In this document: positions 39,229 through 52,429 of the stretch, in pieces
How positions within the stretch are numbered: the stretch's first letter is position 1
How the letters are laid out: every line of letters begins with the position of its first letter
From: Eimeria praecox
Taxonomy: Eukaryota
Assembly: GCA_963920595.1 (NCBI GenBank)
Contig: OY986949.1
Coordinates: 2,294,001 to 2,358,000, forward strand
DNA: 64,000 nt
Direction of reading: 5' to 3'
Position numbers and translations under genes: made by a program
Notes under the pieces: generated by a model
What the model saw: the letters and a program-made list of their open reading frames with translations, nothing else
Told to the model about the DNA's origin: nothing
Databases searched by the model: none

Positions 39229-41832
39229 GAAACAATCTGCTGTTGGCCTTTACTGCCTACAAGACAGCGAGCTCCACTACCCATAAGCACTCAGCGGAGC
39301 AGTGGAACTCTAGAAGGCCTGTCTGTTTTCGCGAGCCGCGGCAGCGTAGATCTTTAAAGAGAGAAAAACGCCAATTCAGGCCCGCGGTCAACAATATCTA
39401 CTGTCTAGTCACACATGAAGGAAGAAAGAAAAGAAGACAAACCTGTATAAGCAGCATGCGACCGTCCATATGCGTCAAAAGGAACTTGAAACCGCAGAGG
39501 GCTTCGTATAATGTAATCTTCTTCGTCATAAACAAATCATCCCCACGACGCTTGAACAATGCATGCTCCTGAAGACAACACAAGACCGCCACACAGTACA
39601 TGTCGTATAAACCCTAAACCCTAAACCCTAAACCCTTACACACCCCTACGTTCACAAGGTTTCTTATCCAGGTGACTGTAATACCTCCTCCTCAATGTGG
39701 GAATACTAAAGCTAGAACGCGAAGAATCGAACCCTTCGCATCCACGACTTGCCTGCTGTTCCACAACAAGAACAACATCTCCTGGGATCTCCCCAGGGCG
39801 CTCGTCTGCCTCTCCCCTAAAGTAAATCTTGTGATGATTCTTCACACCTGCAGAAGAAGCCACCAGAAGAAGAAGAATATTAAACCCCCTGCCTCAACTC
39901 AAGGAGCAGAAATCCCTGACTTCCATATTCCCCCATACACACAGAACCCCAATCCTTCTTATGTACGTCTACGAAACAAGGGGGGGAGGCGGGGGAGATA
40001 CGACAGAAGAGAGAAACGAAAACAACATACCCTTCTCGATGAAGATCTGGAGGATCTTCCTCTCCTTGCACACTCCCTTCCCACCGCATGTCTTGCAGCG
40101 TTTTGAGGCTTCAATGCTACGACCCTGGCCTTTGCAGCTCGAGCAAATTCCCTGGGTTTGCTGAATCATAGGTCCGAGGTGGCGGATCTACACGGAAAGA
40201 AAAAACGAGACAGACGAACTCAATAATAATATGATATTCAACTGTATAAACACTCCAGATTACTTAGAGACAAGAAGAAACAACAGATACTCAACAGATC
40301 ATACTATGCAGGTCACGCACATTATATGCATGCAGCAACCCACGAGAAGCAAGCAAAAGAAACAGAAGCAAACACAATCAACTAGACCTACCATAACCTT
40401 TACACCGGAGCCATCGCACTCTTTGCAAGTTATGAAGGCGTCCGCTGGTCCTCCCCTCCCCTCGCAGTCCTTGCATATCACATCCTTGTTGATGGCCATG
40501 CGACGGGGAGCCCCGTTGTATATCTGCAGACAAAAAGAAGTATTCTCCAGAATTCCTGTTGAGCTGGAAGAAGGCTGCTAGTGCAACTGTGTGCGCTGTT
40601 TGCTGCTGCTGCTTCTAGTCTGCATGTATTTATGCTTATAATATCTATATATATCTATATCTATATATACTATTGCTGACCTGTTCAAGAGTGACCTTGA
40701 TAGGACTAACAATGTCCTCTCCCTTCTTCTTGCTCTGTTGTCTGCCTGGTCTTCGCCCTCCAAAGAAGAGATCGAAAATATCTGAGGGATCCGTCTCTGC
40801 ACCTCCTCCCTCCAGTCCTTCTTCACCCAGCTCATCATATATGCTCTTCTTCTCGGGGTCACTCAGCACTTCATAGCTGCATCAACAACAATGTTCAACA
40901 ACACCAAACAACCCTCAGCAGATCGAGGGCCTCAGCGGCAGCAAAGAGAAGCAGTCGCCCCCCCCCCCCCCTCATCCACAGCAAAACAGCCGGCGCTCAG
41001 ACCCATATGAGGGAGGTAAGGGAAAGAGTGGCAGTGGGAGGGGCAGTTTGGGGCTTTGAAAAGAAGAAAAATTGAGAGTAATGCTCACGCCCTTGATATT
41101 TCTTTGAATCTCTCGGGGTCCCCTCCCTTGTCTGGATGGTGTTTAATGGCCAGCTTGCGGTACGCCTTCTTAATATCTGCAGCAAACAAGCAGACAGAGA
41201 TATACCGAGAAAACAAACGATGCAGATGAATAGCCATCAGCTGCAGCACACCGCTGTCTAGACGAAAATGCAGCACTGATCAGAGGCGAAACACCACATC
41301 AACAATCGAGGAATGCGAGGCATGGGGCAGCTAATACACTGTACGGTTCTGTTGCTTTTCGGCTGTATCTACAGCACAGACACGACATATACGACTGTAC
41401 AAGTTGAATCTTAACCATCCATGCCAGAACTCTGGGCACTTCTGCAGCGGCTGCTGCCTCTGCTTGTCCTCTTTCGTGGTGCTCTGCCGCTAATACACTC
41501 GAATGCGGGTTTCATATACTATGCAAGAATTCAAAGCCGATGTACGTGGTGTATCTACAGCTGCCACTGCATCGCGAATCATCATCGCTGGTGCTGCGTT
41601 CTCATGCGCTGCCAGTGTCACTGCTGCTGTGGCTGCTGCTACGATGGAGACGCAGGCGCTGCAGGCGATGATAATGATGAATAATCGATGAAGAAGGCTG
41701 ACCTTGGACTGAGGCATTTTTATCCACTTCAAGCACTTCGTAGAACTTGGTTGTGTTTCTTTCCTTTGCCGGGCCTCTGGGCCTGCCATGGCCCGGTATG
41801 TCTTCCCCAAAGGGAAAGCTGCTGAAGTACAT
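38336..41832 (-). CDS. dnaJ: Type I Hsp40/DnaJA co-chaperone (cytosolic, CaaX-terminated)
   Basis: J domain (FYEVLEV...[20 protein letters not shown]...YEVLSDPEK), G/F region (DIFDLFFGG), four CxxCxGxG repeats, C-terminal domains ([34 protein letters not shown]) and C-terminal CRQQ prenylation motif. About 10 exons. Confidence 0.96.
39172..39224. repeat. (AT)n microsatellite in an Hsp40 intron
   Basis: About 26 uninterrupted AT units. Confidence 0.97.
39609..39636 (+). repeat. (AAACCCT)4 telomere-like repeat in an Hsp40 intron
   Basis: Four perfect AAACCCT units. Confidence 0.95.
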
Positions 41833-42506
41833 CTTCGTTTGTTAATGGGTTATAGAGAGAAGCAGCCCAGAGATCTACAAAAGATAAACGACAGGACAGT
41901 AGGGACACAAGTGCCGCTGCAGGGTGGGGCCACAGCACAGGGCCAGCTCGGGCGGGTGCTGGTGCGGGGAGTCAAGGCTCAAGGAGGGCCCCCAATCTGC
42001 TGCTTAAGGCAAAGAGAGAAGTAGTAAAAGAACAAAAAAGAGAAAGCAGCGGCAAAGTACGTCCGATGGAAACATAAGTCCTTCTGTCCGCCCCCAACTG
42101 CTGTGGGGCACCGCAAGGGGCAGCTGGTGGTGATATATGCCGTCGCTGTTAAGCTGCCGAGGCACCAAAGACATCCTCCCCCCTGCCTCTCCAATTTTCA
42201 AGTGTTTTTTTAATTTAAATGATTGTTTTGCATGCTGATTGACCCACCATCAAACTCCCAGAAAATCCTGTTATTGTATGCTACCTTGGCGTGCATCATA
42301 CCATACTGGCATTCCACAATGTCCCCAGCACTCTCTCCTGCAGGTTTGCTGCCATGACAATACTTGCTAAATTATCCTTCAAAAATACATGGTTGTCCAC
42401 TTACGTGGCGATTGTGCCCCGCTGCTTTTATTCAGAACCGAGGGGAGGCTGATGATGGTAGCGGGTGGAGCCTGGCATGTCTGAGGGTGGGAAGTTCAGT
42501 CCTACT

Positions 42507-42514
42507 TGCATGCA
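42507..42514. promoter_or_regulatory. TGCATGCA palindrome (ApiAP2-type motif) upstream of Hsp40
   Basis: Exact motif about 670 bp upstream of the Hsp40 ATG; other copies at 31361 and 40327. The motif is common in coccidia, so a function here is unproven. Confidence 0.35.
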
Positions 42515-45500
42515 GGATGTCTACTGACGACCAAGTGAGCGTTTGAATATTGCATACACTGCTGGAGTATGCAGCAGGTGGGGCTTGGCTGTGTTTGCGT
42601 GCGGGCTAGCCTCGCAGCACGAGTAGCAAGCATCACGGGAGTGGCTACACCGTCTCCCCGCAAGACACAAGATACAAGTTTTGCGCCTGGTGCCAAAATG
42701 CTTGAGGACTCGAGAGAGAGTCAGCTTTTCTGGGGGGAGAGGTATGTACTAAAGTATTTTGACTTCTTGGGGGCTCACGGGGTCCTCAGGTAAGATGAAG
42801 GCCTCTCGTCACGCGTGGCAACACAGGGAGGTTGTTCATCGGAGGAGATAAAAGCTACGAGCCCCACTCCGACAGGTAGGAGGCTTGGGGTGTAGCGTTA
42901 AATAGTAGAGGAAGCACTGACCGGAGAAAAACGAGCGATCCTTAGAGATCCTTCCTAATATAATTCTCAAAACATCGGCCTTTTTGTCGCAGAATGGCAG
43001 TTGACGGCGAGCTTCCATCCGCTGTGCTGAAAGCGTACGGATGGGCGCCTCTTCCCGTTGGATCAGGTACAGTATCTGCATCCCGTCTAGCCCCAAATGG
43101 TTTCCTACGAAAACAATTCATGAAGAATGTCTTTACGAAACATAGCGGACGTCGGGATATGGGGGCATTGAAAGAGTTCCTTGCTTCTCTGGTGGTGTCG
43201 CTTCATCATTAAATTGCACGCAACGTGCAGCAGTTGCTTTCGGCCTCTTAAAAAAAAAGAGGGACGACGGTGGTAAATATACTTAAGCAAAGATAGCACA
43301 TTGCCGGACCGCTTTAGGGCAATAAAAACCTTCCGGCATGCGCTGCGTTGTCTTATTCCCTTTCTGGGAAGTCAACAGGCTAGGCCAAGGGTACGAAAAG
43401 TTAAACACGGGAAGCTACCGAGAGATCTAGAGACAGGCAAATAAGAGCCCTTGATGAACGCAAGCCCAACGACAAGCTCGGAACTTCTATATCAACGGTT
43501 CATAGCAGGGCTCTCTGCAAAGGGGGGCAGTTGGTCACCGGCTGGGCCACTAACAAGTAGAAGGGTGGAACTTTCGGAAGGACTTAGGCAATGAGACACT
43601 ACCTACACAGCCATAGTTGGGAAGGTGAAAGGCGGGTTTGAAAAAGTTAGGGAATTAACACACTAAGCTTGAGAGCAGCAAAGTGCGACGCAGTAGCGGC
43701 GTCAAAATAGGTGACAGCCGTTTCAGGAGCTCTAGTGTGAACCCGTTCGCCACGACATAAATCTTGGCCTCCAGAACACACAATTGAGGTATATGTGCCG
43801 AAACGGAATAAGAGAGTGCATCTTCCAGAGCTCCCAACAGTGTCTGTATCCTCTACGATAAGGAGAGTGGAATCAGTATAGCAAGCACAAGTTGCCGGAG
43901 GTTCCTAAGCAGAGCGGGGATGCTGCCGGGACCAGCAAAGCAATGCAAGTGTTTTGTTGTGATGGGCATACAAAAACCATCATAAGACAGCCTAGTTTTC
44001 AGGTGTTCGATCCAGTACACATCCGATAAAAGAGCACAAGTGGGCGCAGTTGGAGGAAGAATTATCCTGTATATTCAACAAAAAGAAACTTTTAGCGGGC
44101 CTACCCCCTCTGGGAAAGGAGTGCATTGCATCTAACTCATTGCCTTTGATGGCCTGTTCCGTCTATTTTATGCAAATGCAATAGCAATAACATAGGCTAC
44201 TCCATATGTATTATGCAGTAGCATGCCTGCTATCCGGAGGCAGACAGTCAAGGTATCCACAACAGAGTAAGTGCTGTCACAGACTGAAGGTAAACTCACT
44301 ATGGCTATTGAGATATCCGTCCTGATTCGGTAACAAATTGGGAAGCTGTGCAAGAGAACGGACGTGAGGCCGTTTTTCTACCTTTTCTTCTGAAATTCCT
44401 GAGAAGTGAGGGCATATTCTTTAACTGAGTGGAACATGCAATGCAACCAAAAGGGATTCGCTAGGCGCCTCATTGTTGATTTGATCCTATCGTGTCTCAC
44501 TAAAGCATGCTCTCTCGTTTTGAGCAAATGTGTTGAAGAAGCAGCTGGAACGTAAGGCAACGGTAAGGAGGTTGCGTCTCCTTCCCATAGCTTTCGATGA
44601 CCGACCCCCTTTGCACCCTGTGCCAAGTAGCGGTAGTATCCGCTGAAAGCTACTGCAAACTTCAACAAACGCAGCGATGAGCTGCGGGAGATCTGCAGGT
44701 GCGGCTTCCTCCCCTTCTGGCTCCACCACTGCGTCGCAGGCTTCCAGGGGGTCAGGGCATTTCCCTTATTGATTTGCTCAATGAAGATCTTCCACTAGAG
44801 AAGCAAGAAGTGCTTCCAAAGTAGTTGGATTCGTGGTTAAAGCATTTTTTAGCTGGATGAGGTGCTGGTAGTGTTCTCTTTCCCGTGAGACGAAACCCCC
44901 CATCCCTGGTTTTCACCCCACCGGAGCCCAGATCCTCACAAGTGCTCATCAATCGACAGGAGAGGAAAGCGATTTCTTCACAAAGCACCGTGGCAACTAC
45001 TCAGAGCCATACACCACTCCACCTGACGGAGAGTGGGGTTTGTAGCTGAAGCCTGACACTCGTAACCATATGGTGCTACCAAGTGTTAAAAGAGTCCTCA
45101 CTCTTAGCAGAGGACCTCCTTCAGCAACAGTAGAGTTAAAAGACTTAAGATAAGAGATCACAACACAGCTGTTGGCCTCCCATCTACTGTGCAAACCCCC
45201 TGCGCATAGAAGTACAAAGCCTGCGGCTGATGAGCACAGGAGACGGCGTCTGACGGGCTCCAGCATTCCTTCATGAACGCGTATTGCCAAACAGCCGAAC
45301 AAGCAAGCATACCAGCCCACCCTTTATCTAGATGTAAAACGCTTGCTTGGGCACCAGCCGCCAATCTGTACACACGTAAAAAGGCATACACCAGTTTCAA
45401 GCAGACGGTGCTGCTTTACGTGCCTTGAATTTCACACGAATTCACAAGAGAGACGTAGAAAAACCTGCTGCTGCAGTGCCTCCTCCACCAGCGGACCTGT

Positions 45501-46991
45501 AGTCCTATTCTGTAAGTCGTAGACTCAGTAAAACCCTTCCATTCCCATCCACTGTATTACAACATCGCACCAAATCCTAAATCCCTAGCCCGTACACCTT
45601 AGTAACTCTTTATGGAACACCCTTGTAGCATGTTTATCTTCACGTTGTGAACGAAACGCGTCAGGCGGGACCGACCGAAGCAGCAGCTGCCGCGGTATCT
45701 TAACGGTCTTTATCCACTTATAATAAAAACACAACTTGGAAGCTTAAGACCTTTACCCTACTCTGTTCTCGTTGCAACTGTATCTGCAGCTCAACGGTAC
45801 AGGCAGCCTGTGGGGTTGGGAGGCCGCGGCTAGCATTAGCTGCAGCAGCTGCTGTAGTATCGGTCGAGGTAGCAACTACTGCATAACTAAGGTGCATGCG
45901 AACTACTCTAGAGATGTTTAGCTTTGGGAGCAAACACAAGACTTCTGCTGCTGCTGCCAAAGTTGGTGCTGCTATAACTGCACCTGTGGAAGATGCTGCA
46001 GCTGGCGTCACTTATACGTTTTTTGCTGCGTCATAAGCGCATACAGCAGCAACTGCAGCAGCACTTCCTCCCAGGCAGCTTAATAGCAAGAGATTGACTA
46101 TGAGGTGCTGCGCCTCTTTGAGTTTGATCCAAGCAGCGGGCGCAGGCTCAACACGCAAGCTAGCTTGAGCGATGAGAGCAGCAGCAGCAGCAACAACAAC
46201 ACCAAGCAGCAAGGCATACAGGTAAGAACAGGAAGAGTTACAAGGAGCAGCAGACGCTGCGACAGGGAAATGCCAGCAACAGATAGCAGCACGACGCAGC
46301 AGCAGCAGCAGCAGCACGCAGCAGCAGCACGCAGCAGCAGCAGCAGCAAGGAGTGTCTCGCTAGTCAGGAGGAGGCAGATGCTGCCTTTTAATGTGTGGG
46401 AGCTCGTTCTGCCACATCCTGCTGCTGCATTTGTTGCTGCTGCTGTTGGTGCTGCGGTTTGTGCCGCTGTTGGTGCTGCAGCAGCAGCAGCAGCTGAAGA
46501 CAGCTTCACGCAGCAACTCTTTGCTTCTGGTGTCATGACACTGCTGCTGCTGCCTCTAGGAAGGAAGGTTGGGCTGCACCGCCTTAGAAGGACGCTGAGA
46601 AAGGAGACAGTCCCTTGGAGCAGGGGATCCAGGGGGTAGTAGGCCCAGGGCGTGCTGCTGCTGCTGCTGCTGCTGCTGCTAAGATTCAACTAACCTGAAG
46701 AAAACCAAGAAAATTCAATTAACACATAATTAAAGTACAGGTGCTGTCAGGGCAGCCGATTTGCAGGCTGAGCGGCAGCTACTGAGTCCAGCTGCTGCTG
46801 CTGCTGCAGCAGCAGCAGCAGCTGCTGCTGCAGCAGCTGCAGCAGCAGCAGCTGCTGCTGCATGCTCTGCATGCTGCACGAAGGCATCTTTTTACTTCAA
46901 CGAGTCTTAGAGACTCAAGTTGCTGAATCCTGCTGCAGATTAATTATCAGGACGAAAGGCAGGGGGCCCTACCCTTCTGCCACACAGAGCT

Positions 46992-47035
<44 letters not shown>

Positions 47036-47326
47036 ACCATCTGCGATCGTGTCTGCTGCACAAGAGGGGGTTTAACAGGGAGGGTATGGCGCTCTTATTG
47101 GTGTGTCCTCTGTTCTCGGCCGCCGCAGCGGCAACAGAAGCAGCAATAGGAGAAGCAGCAGCAGCTGCTAGCCTGGCTGCTGCTGCTGCAGAAGGAGCAG
47201 CAGCAGCAGCAGCAGCTGCTGCTGCTGCTACGCAACACTAGCAGGAGAGCTTCTTGAGAGTGACAGAGTGAATTCAGCACTAGCAGCTCCACGTACACCC
47301 CAGACACGCACCCCGTGCTGCTGCGA

Positions 47327-47486
47327 ATGGCGCCTAGCACCATGCAGCAGCAATTGCTGCTGCATCTGCTGCTGCCGCCGCTGCTCTCCCTCTTTTTCTT
47401 CTTGCTGGCTGGTTTGCTGCTGCCTCCCATCCTTTCGTTCCTGCTGCCTCGTCTGCTCAGAAGGGTGCCTATAAAGAGAGTCCACA

Positions 47487-47521
<35 letters not shown>

Positions 47522-48045
47522 GCAAGCAGCAGCAGGGACAACAGCAGCAGTAGCACCACCAGCAGCAGCAGCAGCACTAATGCAGCAGCAAAGAAGGTGC
47601 TGCAAGCTGCTGCTCTATCCAATGAGGCAGAGCATGGATTAGGCCAGCCTCTCCCTGATGCAGCAGCAGCAGCGGGTTCCCCTGCTGCTGCAACGACAGC
47701 CAACAACAGCAGCAGCAGCAGCGACAGCAGCAGCAGCAGCGATAGCAGCAGCAGCAGCGATAGCAGCAGCAGCACAAGCTGTCTGTACTTGACCTGCGAG
47801 TCTCTACATCACAGCGGCTTTCTGAGTTTAAAAGATGCTATCATTCTGCTTGAGGAAGAGATAACCCTACACTGCCCCTCCTGCAGCAGCAGCAGCAGCA
47901 GCAGCCGCAGCAGCAGCAGCAGCAGCAGAAAGATGAAGAAGTGCAGCAGCTGCATCACCCACAAAAGAAGCGAGATACGCTTTGCAGTTTCTAGCCTCCG
48001 TCTGTCCCTCAGCCACAAGGTGGCAGAGGAGACACCGTGTATTAG

Positions 48046-48077
<32 letters not shown>

Positions 48078-48087
48078 GCAACGGCAG

Positions 48088-48119
<32 letters not shown>

Positions 48120-48211
48120 GCAACAGCAGCAGCAGCGGCAGCAGCGATGACACCGCCGAGTGCAGCATCAAGGCAAGAGCAGGATCAGCAAACCCAGAAG
48201 CTGCAGCAGTT

Positions 48212-48247
<36 letters not shown>

Positions 48248-48333
48248 CCAGGCAATAGCAGCGAAGATAAGGGCAGCGGCACCAGCGGCAGAAATTGCAG
48301 CAGCAACATCAACAGCAGCAGCACCAACAGGAG

Positions 48334-48370
<37 letters not shown>

Positions 48371-48526
48371 CTCCTGCGGGAGCTTCTCGCGCCTGCCTCC
48401 TTCCTCTTAGGATGTTTGCTGCTGATACGACAGGCGCTGCAGCAGAGTCGCCGCAGCAGCAGAAGGCCCCTCAGCAGCCGTGTGCTGCTCAGTGCAGGCA
48501 GAATATCTGTCACCTGCCGCTTCCAT

Positions 48527-48560
<34 letters not shown>

Positions 48561-48683
48561 ACAGCAACAGCAGCAGCAGCAGCAACAGCAGTAAAGAGAA
48601 TACACCAGGAGCTGCGGGGACGCCGGAGGTGCAAAACATGCAGCTTGCAACCACACCAGCAGCAACAGCAACAGCAGCAGCAA

Positions 48684-48715
<32 letters not shown>

Positions 48716-48852
48716 GCAGCAGCATCTCCAAGCCCAAGTTTACTGCAGTTCGTGCTGCGGCTATGCTTGCTGCATGCAGTAGCGAGGACATGCGCGTTTA
48801 GGGCGGGCTGTATTGAGTTGCTGGGGCTGGTAGTGCTGCCGCCGCCACCGCA

Positions 48853-48883
<31 letters not shown>

Positions 48884-49402
48884 CAGCAGCAGCAGCAACA
48901 CTCGCGGAAGGAGGAGAAGCAGCAGCAGGCGATACAACAGAACAGGGAAGAGCAGAGCGACTTCAGCAGCGTAGGAGTGTTGCTTACACTCGATGAGCTG
49001 CTGCTGCTGCCGTCAGCAGCATTTGCTTCGTTGCGGCTGCATGCAACAGCAGCAAAAGGTATCTGCTGCCGCTGCTTTGTAGATGCAGCAGGCTGCCTGT
49101 CTGTGCTGCCGTCTGATATGTTAACTGCTGCTGTTGGTGCTGCTCGCCGCTCAGCAGAACTGGCTGCAGCAGAAGCACATACGAGTCACTACCAACCCGC
49201 AACTGCAGCAGCAGCAGCAACAGCAGCAGCAGCGGCAGCAGCAGGAGGGACGAAACTGCAAAACAAAAGGCCGACGACACTTCAGGATGTGCAGGAAACG
49301 GCAGCAAACTGCAGCAGCAGCAGCAGCAGCAGCGACGGCCATGGCATGGGGGCTTCTGCGCATTCGCCTATGCATGCTCCTGATTTGACTGCATCTTTCC
49401 AG

Positions 49403-49444
<42 letters not shown>

Positions 49445-49861
49445 GGCTGCAGCAGCAGCAGCCCACCGGCGAAGAGGTGGTGGTGGTGTGGGGCCGTAGA
49501 AGCAGATAGAGAAGACGCAACTGTCTCTGCTGCCACATACTTATCTCACCTGATGTCTCTCTACTCCCTTAACACTATTACTGCTTCGGGCCTCCGAGCA
49601 GCAACTGCTGCTCCTGCAGCAGCAGCTGCAGCAGCAGCAGCAGGAGCAACAGTGACAGCAACAGCAGCAGCATCAACAGCATCAGCAGCAGCAGCAGCAG
49701 CAGCAGCAACGAAGCGGTGGCTGTCGCCCATAGAGGCTGTCTGCCGGGCGAGGGGAGGACTGTTGCTGCCTGAGGAGGTGCCCCCTGCTGCGCTGCTGCT
49801 GCCGCCACTGCTGCACACTGAAGAAGCAGCAGCAGTTACTGTAATATTTGACTCGGGATTG

Positions 49862-49892
<31 letters not shown>

Positions 49893-50011
49893 CATGCACT
49901 GCGCGTGCGGTGTATGTACACACCAGCGGAACTGTTGCTGTCAACCTCTTACTCAACCTTCTTACTAGGGTTATTGAGGCCTATTGGAGGTGTAGGGCCG
50001 GCAGCAGTAGC

Positions 50012-50045
<34 letters not shown>

Positions 50046-50809
50046 GCAGCAGCTCGCAGGGAGGGGACCCCTTGGAGGGCAGGGAGGTTGGAGACACTCG
50101 AGGGGCGAGAAACACGTTAATTGCGCGCAGCAGCAGCAGCAGCAGCGGCAGCAGCAGCAGCAGCAGCAGCACCGACAACAGCATGCAGCAGCACACGCTG
50201 CCTGTTATGGTGTCAGTGCCTCGTTTGCTGCTGCACGTTCTTGAACGCAGCAGCAGCAACGCTTTGCTGCTGCATGCAGACGGCGTGCTGCTGCAGCTAG
50301 AGAGAACTGTTCGCTGGAAGCAGCAGAAACTAAAGGCCCCCAGATGCGGCTTCCAGCAGCAGCTGCAGCAGCTGCAGCAGCTGCAGCAGCGCCTCGCAGA
50401 GCAGCAGCAGCGGGATTGCATGCCAGCGTTGTCTTCTTTGGGTGCTGCAGCAGCCACAAACAACGAAAAGGGTAGTGGCATCGACAGCAGCAGCAGCAGC
50501 AGCAACAATAGCAGCAGCAGCAGCAGCAGCAGCAAACTAATACGCTTTGCTGTGTCTACTGGAATCTGTAGACTCTCTACTGCTCACGTTCCGTGCTGCA
50601 ACAGCTCTGCTGTTGCTGCTTCTGCTGCTGCTGCTGCTGCTGCAGCACCAGCACCGAAAATGTCAGCCGAAGCAGTAGCAGCAGCAGCCCGCAGAGCAGC
50701 AGCAGCAGCAGCAGCAGCAGAAGCTCTTCGTGCTATTCCCTGCTCAGCCCCCTCACAAGGCATTACACCCGACATCACCGCACGCCTGCCGGATCAGGCT
50801 CCTGAGGCA

Positions 50810-50845
<36 letters not shown>

Positions 50846-51023
50846 CCGACGCCGGCAGCATCATCATCATCACCAACAGCAGCAAGAACAGCAGGCAGTA
50901 AGACACACACAGAAGCAGCAGCAACAGGCTCCACGGATGCAGCAGCTGCAGCTGTCTCCTTCTTCATCGGGGCGGGCGAGCTGCTGCGTCTGAAGAAAGC
51001 GTATGCCAACAGCAACAGCAGCA

Positions 51024-51058
<35 letters not shown>

Positions 51059-51622
51059 GTGTACGGGGGCCTGTTCAGTGACGATGACTGTTTGGGGGAT
51101 CGTTGGATCCCTAGCGCATGGACGTTGTGTGGATGGTGTGGGGTGCTGCTGCTTAGTTGCAGCAGCAGCAGCGTCAAGATAAAACCTTTAAGTGAAGCAA
51201 CAAGAATTGGGGTGTATGGGCAGGTACAGCAGCAACCGACATATCAGCAGCACGTTCGAATCGTGCTGCCGGGAGGATGGTTGCACTGGAGAGAGAAGGG
51301 CCTGCTCTCTTGGGTGTTGCTGCTGCTGCACCTCCGCAGTATCTATAAACATTGGAAGGAACGCTCAAGGATGCAGCACTTCATTCCTGCTGCTGCTCCT
51401 GCTGCTGACAGCAGCAGCAGCAGCAACTGCAGCAGCAGCAGCAATAACAGCAACAGCACCATGACGGGGGACAAATGTGATGCATCCACCGCCGGAACTG
51501 CTGCTGCTGCTGGACGAGGAGGAGAAGCAACAGCAGCAACAGCAGCAACAGCAGCAACAGCAGCAGCGGGCGCAGCAGCAGGGGGCAGCGGATCGCACGC
51601 AGGCGCTGGAACAGCAGGAGGT

Positions 51623-51657
<35 letters not shown>

Positions 51658-52051
51658 GGCAGCAGAGCTGCCATTTCTTGCAGCCAGCTGTCCCTTCTTC
51701 TCTGGCTTTGATTGGGGCGCAAGTCTGCAAGCGTTTGCTGCTGCTGCTAGAGACCTCAACACCTATGAAGGACTAACACCAGATAGCTTCCACCTTATCG
51801 CTAGGAGCTTTGCTATCTATTCTCCTGCTGCTACGTTGCAGCTGCAGCAGCAACAGCAGCAACAGCAGCAGCAGCAGCAGCAGCATGACAGCACGCAGAA
51901 CGAAAAACAAACGCAACAGGAACTGAAACGACAGCAGCAGGAGGAGCAGGAGCAGCAGCAGGAGCAACAAGAGCAGCAGCAGAAACTGCAGCAGCAGGAG
52001 CAGCAACAACAAGAAAGTGAGCAGCAGGAACAGCAGCAGGAGCGGCAAGAT

Positions 52052-52084
<33 letters not shown>

Positions 52085-52194
52085 GCGCTCCTGCGACTGC
52101 TCGTTCCAACTATGCATATTCACAGCTCCTCCCTCGCTGGGGGTGCTGTCATTGCTGCCTTGCCAGTGCACGTCCAGCCCCTCTATGTCCGCAC

Positions 52195-52244
<50 letters not shown>

Positions 52245-52393
52245 ATGCTGAGATGCAGGAGCTGCAGCCCTGCTCTGCATTAACGTCTTTTCATTCCCTG
52301 CAACTTCAAGTGCACCAGCCGAATCAGCAGCAGCAGGAGGAGCAAGAGCAGCAGGAGCAGCAGGAAGGACAGCAGCAGGAAGAACAGCAACAG

Positions 52394-52429
<36 letters not shown>

